Assembly: GCA_043228905.1 (NCBI GenBank)
Contig: JBHGNT010000017.1
Span: 16,616,001 to 16,680,000, forward strand
DNA length: 64,000 bases
Source of the DNA: Azolla caroliniana
Taxonomy: Eukaryota; Plantae; Polypodiophyta
Reading direction: 5' to 3'
Made by a program: the position numbers and the translations under genes. The notes below the pieces were generated by a model that was given only the letters and a program-made list of their open reading frames with translations, had not been told where the DNA came from and searched no databases. Positions 46,189 to 60,083 of the stretch are shown piece by piece; position 1 is the first letter of the stretch, and every line of letters begins with the position of its first letter.

Positions 46189-49100
46189 ACGATCATGTCT
46201 TCTGTGCATTTTCTTAACCTGAAGGACGATGTTTTCAACACAGTCGTTTTATGTATCTCATGGGCGGCAAGAAACTATTCTAGTAAATGGTTTTGATTAT
46301 CCAGAGAAAGCTGCATATTCACAGGTCTATTGGGTGGTTCTAATGCAAGCAGAATGAGTGCAAGTTTCTCGACATTTGGTGTAGTCAAATGGTTTATGTT
46401 CAAGTTTCTGGGATGTGTGGACAACTCTTTTGATGTGTATCACCTCCTTGTACAACTATATACATCCTCTTAGGTACTTTTTGACGTAGCCCTTTTTTCA
46501 GCCTTCAGATGATTGATGCAAGTGTGGACTATCATACATATATGCCAGGCTGGATGCATCCAACTCATCTTTTTTTGAGGCAGGAAGCCAGTAACATGAC
46601 ATTAGATGAAGGCTTATGTATAGAAGAACTTCTTCATTCTTATTTGTTTAGAACTTGACAAGCAATTATATTCTTTCTTTCAAAGTTTTGGTTCGTCCTT
46701 CCAGTTGATGAGAGCTACATTGTAGAAGCTCTGATTACAAATGATTGATTTATCTCTGATTGATTCTGTTAGCAAAACCTCTGAAATACCTCCAAAATCT
46801 CTCTATATTTTTACAAATACCCTTCTGTTATCTCCCAAAATAACCTTGGCCATATACTATTTGAGCAAATGTATATAGGCTCTTTTCTTTCAGAGTTGAA
46901 CACAGGCATTTTGGGAAATGATGAGAACTGAGGAACATTTGTAGAAATAAAGAGAACTGCTGGGTATTTCTTTTTTTCTCTCGATGAGGCTATAAAAAAT
47001 GTGTATAGTGCAAAAGGTGTGCTCCATAGCTAGTCTGCCCAAAGGAAGTATATTGCCCTGTGCACGGGGTAAGATTGGGAGGATCACGAGAGCCGCATAA
47101 GTGACCAGATAGTCAGGTCGAACCAACCACTTACGTCTTCCCGAGTATACTTACAGCCACCACTTTGTTATTCCCGTTTCTTTTATAGACACACCCCTTT
47201 CATTATTTCACCGACATTGCAGATTGTTCATTAGTGCTTATGAGTGTACACAAAGAACTGTAAAGTAGAAGAATAAATATATGGAAATAGAGAAGGTCAT
47301 TATTTTGACATGATTGAAATATGGCTACTTCAAGGGAGATGATCAATTAGTCCATTATTGAGATCTTTGTTCTGCTCTATTGCTATGTCATTTAGTTTAG
47401 GAGAGATATGATTTGTGCTGTTTCAAAGAGTTGGACAATATCAATCAATCTTTTTTCTACTTAATTGTCTATAACTTAAGGACATCCCATGATGTATTGA
47501 TCTGTTTACTTTTTGAGTCTTTTAAGCTCTTCAGTTGCTAAAATATACTAGATCATTTTCATCATTGTGGGTTTTCACATCACATTGAGGTCTTGAAAAG
47601 TAAATTAAGTATTACAAAAGAAAGTTAGTTGATAGCTGTCATGATGTGGTAGGTTCAAAGTTAGAAAACGGCAATAATTTCTCATTCTATAATAGGTGAA
47701 TATTTTCAGTAATTGGGTTGTTACAAAGAAAATAGACAAAAATCGTAACAATAAAAAGCTTAGATCAAATCGTAAGAGCTAAACAATAGGAAGAGAAACC
47801 AATGGTGCAAATTTTGTTATGAGCAATAAATTGAAGAATAACATTTTAATGACCTATATAAGAAAAGAGGACTAGATACATTGAACTAGGTGCTCTCTCA
47901 AGAAAACAAAGCAAACTCAATTTTTAGAAAGGGAGATTAAAATAGTGCCTAATTGATTATATAGGGGCTGTTTTCTTTTCCTTAATCTTTTTTTTGTGTT
48001 AGGGAGCTTTTTTTTCTTCCTCTTTTTCTAGCTTTTGGAGATGGTCTTAGGGTTTCTTCCTCTTTTGTCTCAAGAAATAGGAGGTCGTATAGTGTTTCTT
48101 TCTTCAAACGGAGGAACTTGCAAGAAAAAGAATTTAGATATTTCATAGTCCTTTTAAGCATATTTAAGGATTTGATTGCCTTATACTTCTACCCCATAGA
48201 GAAACACCAACATCACCATTGAAATGAAAAGGTATTGTTGAAGGACCAACATTTAATTTCTCAATGATTGCATAGGTTCTCAAGTGCATAATGAGCTATC
48301 TTCCATACCTCAAGTAAGGGTAAAACATTCATTCCATCTATGATTTGAGAGAACTTTAAGGACAAGGTATCTAAAACTTTCCATAATTTAAAATGGCTTA
48401 GTGTTCTACATAATCCATGATTTATACTTACTTTTGCTCTTCATAAGGACCATCTTCGTTTGAGACTAGTCATCCAATGCCCTCATAAGCTTTTGTGTAT
48501 CTTCTAAAGTATATGAAAAAAGGTTCCCATCATCTTCATACCAAAAAACATGATCATTAAATTCCAAATAATAACTTCTTCAATGATTTATTCCTTCTCA
48601 AACTAGTTCATAACACCAATAACGTTATTGAAAAATCAGAATTTCTATTGTCATATGCACATGACATATAACTTTCTTATTGATTTGAAATTTTGCAAGC
48701 ATATATTCATTTGGTATGTTGAGTTCTTCCATGTGACTCCAAAGATACTCAGGATGTACCATATCAAAAACTTTTATGCAGACTCAAAGCAACAATTTAA
48801 CCCTTACAACTCAAGTGATTTTCTCCCATTAATACTTAAAAGGGTGAGAAGGTGATCGATGGTGCTATAGTGTTTTTGAAAGTTGTGAAGTATCTCAAGA
48901 CATCTCCCTTGAAGGCGCCAACATGACTCATATCTTGGAGTATTGCACTTCCAAGGGTCATAACTACTGAGTTCCAAGGGGTTGTGTTCCTCATGGTTGG
49001 CTAACCAAGAAATTGGGGGATGATGTTGCCCCCCAATGTCAAAAGACCATGTTATTCATTAACACATAAAAGCCTTATCTCTCCACTCCATGACACATGA

Positions 49101-51015
49101 TATCATGGAAGCCTCAAAGACAACTTGAATTAATATAAAATCAACACACACGTTTCACCACATTCATTAAGAAATATGTTAATCTTTTTTGGAAAAAAAG
49201 AAAAAAAAGAAAAATGTTAATCTGAATAAAACAAATAATTACTATAGATAAAACATATAAGGTGCTTCAACTAAATAGATAATTATTAAAGTAAAAAACA
49301 TGTATATCTCCATTAATTAGTGTTGAAAAGCTACGTGGAGGAAAGTGGTTGTTAATGGATGCCAGGGGGAGAGAATGACCAAATGGTGACCCCAAATTTG
49401 GGACACCCAACAATGTCTTCTTACATGAGAACTCTTGCCCTTTTATACAAGTTGGAAATCTTGAAGGGCCCCTTTCACATAACAAGCCCGTTAGTCATTC
49501 CTACATAACAAAAGGTTAATTTCAATTTCTTAGAAATTACAATATGACGCATTTCTTAAGGGTAGTTCCCCACAAAACAATATTATAACTATATTCCTTA
49601 TATACATTTGGCATGTGACCAATATTTTAGATTAGAAATTTAGTAAGCTTTAGAGGGTTGTTAAAACTAAAGAATATGACATTATTTCATTGAACATTCA
49701 CCTTTGACGCTAAGATCGAGGATACACTTAAGACACCTTATAAAACTCTGTAAGAAATAAAGAGAGAGCCTAACTTTGTATTGTGGTATAAATGTATTAT
49801 ATATAGACTTTTATATCTTTTTAAGCTTGCAAGGGACATATATGTAATTTGGTTAAATAAGGACAAACTATAAATGTGAAATTATAAACCTTTTACAAGT
49901 CTTCTTCCTCATTTGAACATACCCTTCGGAGATAAAGCTTAAGCCTCTCTCTCTCTCTCTCTCTCTAAATTCTCTCTGCAATCATGTTACTAATTATAAG
50001 TAAAGAGTGTAATCATTCTATAGTTAATAAGTATTAACTATCTAACCGAGCAAATGGAAGCTAAATTGAGTTGGTGACTTCCCATCTTTTCATTCTTTTA
50101 TCAAGTGCATAGAAATATGGCAAAGTCTCTTCATGGTTATAAAGTAAAGGTCTTGTTTTCTTTGATTAAGCTCCAAATTGCACATAAAGTTAGTTTTATA
50201 TGTAAATGGCTCAAGGGCGATTTAGACTTCTACTTGTTTGTCTTGTCAACAAAAGGGTAGAAGGTGGTACATCCCCACACACTAATCTCAAGATGGTTCT
50301 CAAGAAGAATGCTCAAATTATGAAGTAACTTTCGATAAGGATACTAAAAGACATTACAAAAGCCAACTTGTTCGCAAGCCCTCTTATCATTTCTCTTTAA
50401 CCCATGCACTTATCTTTATTCCATTAATACATCCAAATCATTTTGCTATAGGTGAGTCTACTATGATTGTCAATAGTTGTTTACATTATTTACATGTCTA
50501 CCTTTATCTTAAGGTTTGATCTAAATTGTACTTCAATAATGTGATATTTCATATTGTAATGCATGATTAAACATATCAATTATCTGTGCATGTGCTTCCT
50601 TTCCTACCCATTTGAGCATTTTAGCCTTTATGCCATGTAGATCTCTTGCTTTTCAAGAGGTAAAATTTGTCAGCCCTATGCATAGACTTCCAATAGTAAA
50701 GAAACAAGGTATATTTGAAAAAGAATTGTCACCTGTCATGTTTTGTTCTTACAATGCATAGACAAGTCCATAAGGGTTAAGTCACTAAAACTTTGAACAA
50801 TTTCCCTTTTAGATCTCACCAAAATTTAGCACATGCATGTGTTTTCTTTAATGATTTGAGAAATTATCGAGTAACTTCCCATATTCTTCTCTTTCTTTGA
50901 ATAAGTATTTTGTACTCAAGAAAATGCTTTTGATGATTTTCCTTATTCTTGACTACATTGAAACTCAAAAGCTACTTTCAACTTCATGATATTTGTTACC
51001 AAATCATTTTTTCTA

Positions 51016-51310
51016 GGGAAAAGTACCAGGATACCCTTGGAAGTTCGTCTGTTTACCAGAATGCCCCTAGAAGTTCCAAATTTACCAAACTACCCCTATG
51101 TCCAAAAAATTACACTTTATAAAGTAATTATACACTCAAATCTTTGGTAAATAGGGCTAGTTCGGGTCCATTTCTTCCATCATTGGTAAAGTGTATAATT
51201 ACTTTATAAACTGTACTTTTTTGGACATAGGGGTAGTTTGGTAAATTTGGAACTTCCAGGGGCATTATGGTAAATAGACGAACTTCTAGGGGTATCCTGG
51301 TACTTTTCCC
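51016..51310. mobile_element. Mutator-like MITE (long TIRs, 9-bp TSD)
   Basis: About 120-bp terminal inverted repeats GGGAAAAGTACCAGGATACCC... / ...GGGTATCCTGGTACTTTTCCC. TSD TTTTTTCTA at 51007-51015 and 51311-51319. Confidence 0.92.
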
Positions 51311-52317
51311 TTTTTTCTATGCAAGGTATGTGTTTGTCCAAAAAGCATTAATTTGTGCATGAGAAAATGGCCTCCATGAAAATTTTGCATTTGTATTCTA
51401 GTGGTGTACCATGTTGTAACTTTATTATTTCTAAGTTATTGTCAACCATGATACCATCATAGATATAGATAGATAGATAAATAGATCGACAGATACATAT
51501 TTTTTAGCATCCATAGAGAGGCCAATATTGACTAGGTGAGACCAAATATAAGAATTTTCTTGACGTGTGTCTCCTTCCTAAGAAGGGATATTCATACTTT
51601 GAAGCATCAAGTATCGATGTGTGAATAAGGGATATTCAACCTTTTAGGTGTTCTCTTCAATATGACACTCATGTCATCACCTCCTCTTAATATATTATCA
51701 TAGCTTTTTAGGAATTGCACTATATGTAGAGAATGTAAATAACAACTTGCAAGTAGTACTCATCCTCTACTAGCTATTCCTTGTATACCTTACATGCCTT
51801 TACATTTGGCTGATTTTGATGCCATAATGTAACTTTAATACCTACGTTGTGTGATTGAGTGCGAAAGAGTGTTAGGGCTCTATGAGAGTTAATACTCATG
51901 TTAGTAATGAGGTAAAGTTAAATACAATCAATAGGCCTTCTTGCCTTATATAGAACCCAACATTCAAGATTGATGTTTGCAATGTAATATTCTAATTTTG
52001 TCCTTTTAATATCTTTTCACTTTTTCCTTAATGGTTCCATTAATCTTTCCTCAGAGATAGATAGATTCTATTATCATCTTCGGAGTTCAAATATGACCTA
52101 TGAGACAAAAAATATTACATTTCACATAATACATGTGAAAGTGCGTAGCGACTCTTAATGTTCAAGAACTTTACCAATGAATGTTTCAATCGAGAGTGCA
52201 CATTGTGGTTGTGAGAGGAATTTGTGTAAGGATTGGGCTTGGTTGAAGATGTGTGGGTTTAGGGTTGCGTCATGAAGCAAGTGTGTTGCATCCCATCTAC
52301 TAAACCATTTTTCCATA

Positions 52318-52610
52318 TCTTGCATCAAACTGAACACAAATTGCTTTTATGCGTCTTTTGGAACTTTTTTTTTCCAAAGCGATTCTACAAAGTCAATGTG
52401 AGGGAGTTTTTTGGAATCTTACATTGCATTCAACAACCCTTCTTATGGCCATGATCTCAATGGAACTCTTGCATCAAACCGAAACACAAAATTTTGCTTT
52501 TATGCGTCTTTTGGAACTTTTTTCAAGAAATTCTACAAAGTCAATGTGAGGGACTTTTTGGAATCTTAAGCATGCATTCAACAACCCTTCTCATGTTCAT
52601 GATCTCATTG
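52318..52610. repeat. Imperfect ~150-bp tandem duplication
   Basis: TCTTGCATCAAAC...GCTTTTATGCGTCTTTTGGAAC...TTCTACAAAGTCAATGTGAGGGA...CATTCAACAACCCTTC occurs twice. Confidence 0.8.
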
Positions 52611-52835
52611 GGAAGTGATCTCATCTCAAGGAGGGTGTATGGTGTTTGTTTCTTAACATGTAGAAACACTGTCAGAAAATAAACTTTTTGACATTTTCAA
52701 ACTCTTTTCAAGTAGATTTAGCATGCTACCACCCTGTAGAGAAGCACCAATGTCACCAATGTGTCAACAAGGTATTTCTTGAGGACCCAACACTTAATAT
52801 CTCCATGCTTGCATGTGTTCTCAAAGGCATGATAT

Positions 52836-52875
<40 letters not shown>

Positions 52876-52889
52876 ACTCACCAATGTGA

Positions 52890-53700
52890 GTATGAAACAA
52901 CCAACGTGGGGGTTGGTAGTTCCACCTTGGGTCATTTCCTCCTTGTGTCCATCGTTGTGTTCCTCCATTTTTGCCAAAAGTGTAAGCGGGTAGTGACCAC
53001 GTCGTCAGAGTGTTTGCAAACCTCGTCCAACTGCCCTTGTAGGCAACAAATAATCTTGAACCAAATATCCATTATCATTTCCTTTCGGGGGTGTACCACA
53101 TCTTGGAAGACCTTTAGGCAACGTGCTTTCAACACAAACCACAGGGTGAAGCCTATGATCAACATCCAAATCTCCCAAAAATGAGGGGATGCGGTCTTCA
53201 ACCCTCTCGCAAAACGGGTCTTGACGAGTTTACCTCTTGTGCATTCATGGCACCAATTGCCTGCGTTGAAGGTGCCTGTCCAACTATCAACCAAGGGAAT
53301 GATCCAGGCCGCTACGCTCCACGATGTTGTCCCTTCCACTTCACAAGCAACTAGGAGGCGAGTCACCTTGTCCTAGACCCTTTCAGCTTGAGGGCAATCC
53401 CACTAACAGTGCCTCAGAGTCTCAATAGGTGCAAAATAGAGTGGGCAAGCTATCAGGATTCATCGTTTACCTAGCCATTCGCCAATGGGGACCTCGTTAA
53501 TCAAGAGAGCACATCAAGATTTTAAAAGGAATGTATAGAGAGTGGACCGGATCGATAATGTGTGGAAAGCAAACTTGAACATGTGCCTTGTAACAAAGTG
53601 TGATACTTTGACTCTCCCACTAGTTGAGGGAAAATATGCATAGTCAATAAGTCTCCTCACTTGTGTTGAAATGCCCCATCTCACATCAAAGAGAATGTGA
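52890..53700 (-). mobile_element. LINE ORF2 3' remnant (zf-RVT region), ending near a (CT)n tract
   Basis: ETLRHC*WDCP...WEIWMLIIGFTLWFVLKARCLKVF...MDIW is similar to the LINE tail at 31450-31750. Confidence 0.7.
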
Positions 53701-53885
53701 GTAACATCATATTAAAGCAATTGGTGTAAATGGCAGAGAAAGAAATGAGCTCTACTATATATTGATGCGTGCAGTTTCCTCGTTTTGAGAATGAGATAGT
53801 TTGTGTATTATGTTGCAACATATATCATGCAATGTGGAAAGCATGATATTTATATATGTAAATAAATAGAGGCAAACATGGAGTT

Positions 53886-56800
53886 TGTTGAGAATCAAGC
53901 TCAACTTGGTCTAGTGTGTGAACTCACCTTGAGAGTGAAGAGACACTCCAACGGTCAAGAGTCACCATTATGTCTCCACTTTGTATTCTAGCATTTAGTA
54001 TGAGTCATAGAATCATATTCTATGACACATAACTTATGAGCTTTCACATTCCCCATGCTCCATGAGTCTTGTAGTTAATGAAGAGAGAGGGTGACTACAT
54101 AAAGCACCCTCCTCCCACCTTGTATAACGTTGAGTTTTTCTCCTTTGCTAATATACTTAACCTTGCGTATACTCTGTGTCTCTCTCTCTCTCTATCTCAT
54201 ACACACATACACACACAGTTCACACCTATTCCGCTTCACAAGAATCCATCTCTTGATTCTTTACATGGTATCAGAGTGATTTGGTAGCTCAATCTAGCCC
54301 ATTCGCCTCATCGTGATCGTGTTTTGTGCTCTACGCCGACGACCAAGAACCGGCTCATAGCTATCGTAGCTTCGCTACATAGCTCGCATTCGAAGAGAGA
54401 AGAAGAAGAAGAAAAATCAATATAATGAAATACTCAAATGGGGAGCGCTCTCCCTACCGAGAAGTTGGATCGAAAAAACTTCGCATCTTGGGAGTACAAG
54501 ATGCACCAATACCTTGTCGGACAAGGCTATTGGAGCTACATCAAAGGAGCGCATGAAGACCGACCCGCCGAAGCGGCTCCCGGATACGCGACATGGGAGC
54601 AAGCCGCAAGCCGCATGATGTATTGTTTGGTGACATGTGTTCACGATCACATGCTCAGTTACATTCGAGAAGCCAAGATGCCGAAGGAAGCGTGGGAAAA
54701 TCTACGAAAGATTTTCGCCGCCAACACGACCGCGAGGAAGCTTCAACTCCGCCAAGAGTTGAACAACATTCAACAAAGGGACATGTCCATCACGACATAA
54801 ACCTTGAAGATCAAGGAGCTTTGCGACTCACTCGGCTCAATAAACGTAAGTATAGATGATGATGAGATGGTGCAAATATGCCTCGACGGCCTCGCACCAC
54901 GGTTCGGCGCGATGCGAACCGCCGTTCTAGCACGGGAGAAATCTCCCTCCTTCTTCGAGCTCCAATCAATGCTATTGGTCGAAGAAAACCACATGCGTAC
55001 AAGGAGCAATGAGTCGGAAGGCCACATGCTCTACACGCACTCTAATGGAGGAAGAGGGTGCGGATGAGCGAGAGGCCGATTCGGCCAAGGACAAGGCTGA
55101 TGAGGTCCGACCTACGACAACAACTCCCAATTTCGGCCGCAAAACGGAGGCCAACGAGGAACCTTCGCAAGAAGGGGGAGTTTCCAATCCGGCCTGAGCC
55201 GTCAAAACGCAACCGAATGCGGATATTGCGGAAAGCTCGGCCACCACGAAGAAGAGTGTCGAAAGAAGATGCGTGAACCGGCTTCCACAAGCCGACAACT
55301 CACGAATTACGCACACAATTCCGACTACGAAGAGTATAGCGGAATGTCCAGGAACAACTCTGACTACGAAGATCGTGGCGGAATGTATGCATGGAACTCC
55401 GACCGTGGCGGAATGTTCATGATGAAACATAGAGCAAAGTCTATGTCGGCCTCTACCTCAACTAGTGCCCTCAATCCGGAGGACGTATGGTTTGTAGACT
55501 CCGGAGCCTCAAACCATATGACATCCCATAAAGAATGGTTTCTCGAACTTCGAGAGTCGGAGCGACCCGGTTATGTCGAAACCGGAGATGACACTACGCA
55601 CCCGATTCAGCACATCGGCAATGTTCCATTTGGCGAAAGAGGTAAGCAAACGTACATTAAAAATGTCTAGCATGTTCCCACCATCACAAAGAATTTGGTC
55701 TCGGTCGGCCAAATGGTTGAGCAAGGGATGCAAGTACGATTCGACCAAGAAGGGTGCTTCATCGAAAAAGAAGGCCGAATCATCGCACACGGAAGAAGAC
55801 AGGGCCGGATGTTCATTCTCGATTCGCACAAGATGAAATCCGCCATGTTCGCGAAAAGCACGAAAGCCGACTCCGACATAGAGCTATGGCATAAGCGAAT
55901 CGGCCACATCAATCTCAACAAACTCAAAGCAATGAGATCGAAAGGAGTCGTTATCGAACTCCCGACATTCAAAGAGAAGGAGATTGAAGGTGTATGCGAA
56001 GCGTGCCAATTCGGCAAGCAACACCGACACCCATTCCCGAAGGAGCGGAATGTGAGCAAAGGCGTACTCGACGTAATTCATTCCGATGTATGGGGTCCGG
56101 CCCAAACAACGACATTCGGCGGATGCCGATATTACGTGCTCTTCATCGACGACTTTTCTAGGCACACTTGGATCTATCCGATGCGGCAAAAGAGCGAAGT
56201 GTTTGGACACTTCCAAAAGTTCAAGAATGAAGTCGAGAAAGCCACGGGCCGACATGTACGATGCCTTCGATCGGATGGCGGCAAGGAGTACTTCTCGGAT
56301 GATTTCACGGCGTATCTCCGAAAGGAAGGAATTCGGCGAGAATTCACTTGCTGACACACTCCGCAACAAAACGGAGTAGCCGAGCGCAAAAATCGGCACA
56401 CATCCTCGAAGTAGCACGGGCCATGATGAACGAGAAGCATATGCCCAAGTCATATTGGGCCGAAGCGGCAAATACGGTCGTCTACCTAATGAACCGGTGC
56501 ACAATATCCGGCGTGCATGAGGGCACTCCGCACGAAAGATTCTTCGGAAAGAAGCCGAACCTATCACATGTTCGGATATTCGGCTCCATTGTGTACGTGC
56601 ACATCCCCGACGAGAAGCGTCAAAAGCTCGACCCGAAGTCGGAGAAATGTATCCTCGTAGGATACTCACTGGAGCAAAAGGGGTACAAGTGCTACAACCC
56701 CTCAACTCGAAAATCTCGGGTAAGTCGAGACGTCGTCTTTGATGAGTCTGCATCTTGGTACGCACCAGAGACAACTTCGCCTCCGACTCCGCTCGACCCG

Positions 56801-59331
56801 GAATCCACCGAACAAGAGATAGAGGATGAAGATCATCTTACGCGCATGTTCGAAGAAAGTCCGATCACAACCCGACTGAGCGGACCACAAGAGCTTTTGA
56901 GCGATCAAAGCACATCACAGCCTAGCCCGAAGATGGACAAAGGCAAGGTGAAAATGGCAGAATATGAAGACGATCGCTTCGACGATGATGAATCGACTCA
57001 TTCACTCAATAGTGAGTTCGGCGGTTTCGAGGTACCAATCGGAGCCAAGAAAGCCCTCATCTCTGCAAATGAAAAGCTCCGCCGATCCACTCGTGAAAAG
57101 AACCCCGTAAGCCGATTTAGCTACAACGATTACATGGCGTACCATTACGCCTTTATGATGAAGGTAGCGACAGTACGGGAGCCAGAAACCTTTTCGGAAG
57201 CCGCGAAAGACCCGCGATGGATCGAAGCAATGAACGAGGAGATGCAGGCACTACGGAAGAAGGGGACGTGGGATCTCGTTCCCACCTCACCACACAAAAA
57301 GGCGATCGGATGTAGATGGATCTACAAGGTGAAGTATAACGCCGATGGCTCCGTAAACCGCTACAAAGCTCGACTCGTAGCGAAAGGATACGCTCAAACA
57401 CATGGCGTCGACTACGAAGAGACGATGGTACAAACCGTAATTGCGATTGCCACGGCGAAAGGGTGGCACCTCCATCAAATGGACGTCAAGAACGCCTTTC
57501 TACAAGGCGAATTAGAAGAGGAGGTGTACATGATCCAACCACCCGGCTTTAACTCGAGCACTCATCCAAAAGCCGTATGCTGACTCAAGAAGCCACTCTA
57601 CGGCCTCAAGCAAGCACCATGTGCTTAACATTCGAAGATAACGCAATATCTTCATCAAATCAGCTTCCGTATGTCAAAATCGGACAACTCCCTCTACATA
57701 CGAAGCGATTCCGCAAGTCCGATCGTCATCATCTTATATGTGGATGACCTAGTCATTGGAGGTGAGCATCTCGTTGAAATCACTAAGGTCAAATCCCTCC
57801 TTTCCGACAAGTTCGAGATGACGAACATGAAGGAGCTTCACTACTTCCTCGGCATCGAGGTAATTCGGACTCCGGCCGGAATCATGATCTCTCAACGGCA
57901 CTACATCCTCAACTTGTTATACAAGTTCGGGATGGCTGAGTGCAAATCCGTGGCAACCCCGCTTGATCGTAATCTCAAACTAGATGCGCACTCCGGCACC
58001 AAAGCGTGTGAGCCAACTCAGTATTGGCAACTCATCGGGAGTCTCATCTACCTCACGATCACACGACCCGATCTCAGTTATCCGGTCGGTCTCCTTAGCC
58101 AATTCATGCAAACACTGCGTGATACTCACTTGGATTGCGCTAAGCGAGTTCTACGATACGTGAGTGGCACAATGGATTGCGGCATCCTCTACAAGACCGT
58201 GATGCCAATACGACTCGAGGGGTACATCGACGCCGATTGGGCCGGCAAGAAAGCCGATAGAAGATCAACCTCCGGATTTGTTTTCTCCCTCGGCAGCAGA
58301 GCAATATCTTGGAGTAGCAAGAAGCAGCCTACCGTCGCTCTTTCGAGTAAGGAGGCGGAATACAAGGGCGCAGCCGTAGCTATGTGTGAAGCCGTATGGC
58401 TCAAGAGGATTTTGAAGGATCTGGGCATACCCATCAAGGATCCGACTTCCCTTTACTGCGACAACATGAGCAGTATTTATCTAGCTCGGAACCCGGTGTT
58501 CCACGCGCGGACAAAGCACATCGAAGTGCACTATCACTTCATCCGAGAGCGCGTTCTGGCTGGCGATGTCGACCTACAACACATTAGCACCAATCTTCAA
58601 ACGGCCGACATCTTCACCAAAGCCTTAGGAACCGACAAGCTATGGCAATTCATGACCGATCTCGGATTGACGATCCTTGACCTGCCAAGCTTGAGGGGGA
58701 GTACTGAAGACACTACGCAATAACGCGTGGATTCCGCAACCACACAACGAAGCAGCGAAGAGCCGATTTACCGCGCAAAGCCGCGAAGAAAGACACAAGC
58801 CGAAGCACAGACTTCGTAACTACCCACAACGCAAGCTGGAGCACGGATTCCGCAACTCCGCATAAAGCAAGTCGACGCGAACTCCGGAATGTGAGTTGAA
58901 GTGTATTTCGGATACCGTCTGAAACCGACCCAACTTGAGCTTGAGGGGGCGTGTTGAGAATCAAGATCAACTTGGTCTAGTGTGTGAACTCACCTTGAGA
59001 GTGAAGAGACACTCCAACGGTCAAGAGTCACCATTATGTCACCACTTTGTATTCTAGCATTTAGTATGAGTCATAGAATCATATTCTATGGCACATAACT
59101 TATGAGCTTTCACATTCCCCATGCTCCATGAGTCTTGTAGTTAATGAAGAGAGAGGGTGACTACATAAAGCACCCTCCTCCCACCTTGTATAACGTTGAG
59201 TTTTTCTCCTTTGCTAATATACTTAACCTTGCGTATACTCTGTGTCTCTCTATCTCTCTATCTCATACACACATACACACACAGTTCACACCTATTCCGC
59301 TTCACAAGAATCCATCTCTTGATTCTTTACA
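53886..59331 (+). mobile_element. Full-length Ty1/copia retrotransposon, 380-bp LTRs, TSD GAGTT, disrupted ORF
   Basis: LTRs 53886-54265 and 58952-59331 (TG...CA, 4 differences by eye). TSD GAGTT at 53881-53885 and 59332-59336. PBS TGGTATCAGAG at 54266-54276. PPT TGAGGGGGCG before the 3' LTR. Confidence 0.96.
54438..58723 (+). pseudogene. gag-pol: copia gag-pol (Gag, CCHC, protease, integrase, RT, RNase H) with at least six premature stops plus a frameshift
   Basis: WFVDSGASNHMT, LWHKRIGH, VIHSDVWGP, RSDGGKEY, YKARLVAKGY, LYVDDLVI, FHARTKHIEVHYHFIRE. Stops near 54800, 55067, 55670, 56354, 57583 and 57628. Confidence 0.9.
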
Positions 59332-60083
59332 GAGTTAAATGGCCTAGTGCTTCAAGTTGTTGACTTAGTACAAGTGGTCTTTTAAATATTTGCTAGCTTG
59401 CATCAAGGAGTTACTCCTTTTTGTGTTTTCAAAGTAAAAAGGAATAAATGAATCTAATGCTTAAAATAGGTGCTTCCTCTATAAAAGTAGGAGAGACAAT
59501 GGCTTCTTTCGTGTTGCACTTTTTATGTTTCGAGAGTGCACCATTAACTTTTTATGAGATTTTTTCTTAGCTGCTTCTTTAGCTCACTTACTTAGGGTTA
59601 ATCTCATAGCATTGACCTAAACATCAAGTAATACTATTGTGAGATAAATTTATATTAGAATTTTGTATCAGGAACACCATATGTGGGATATCCTTGTATA
59701 AAATTTAACTTGATGCATTGTATGTTGAACACTAGAACTTTCTAGAAACTTCTAGAGAATGCATTTAGGGTTTGCAAGGAGTGAGGGTTGGTATACCACT
59801 CGAATATGAAGCTGTCCAGTTTTGATAGCAATGCTCCCCCTCCCCCCACAAAACTCATGGCATGTGAGTTGCCAAGGTAGGTAGGAATGTGCTACACATT
59901 GATCCTCGACAAGTGGTTGGCGGTCACTCGCAAGTGGATGGTATACCGATTACAAACGTCACACCGATTACAACCGTGAACTACGCAACCACCAGAGGTC
60001 CATGATTAGCAGTCACCTCATGACAACGGGTTCTACAATTAGGTGTGATCCCTCCATAGTATATTAGCATCACGTTTAGGGTT

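Noticed and set aside
47860-49120. Possible very old LINE endonuclease region on the minus strand (similar faint coding texture at 13230-13490 and 35700-37600)
   Set aside because: No diagnostic motif could be read with confidence without a translated profile search.
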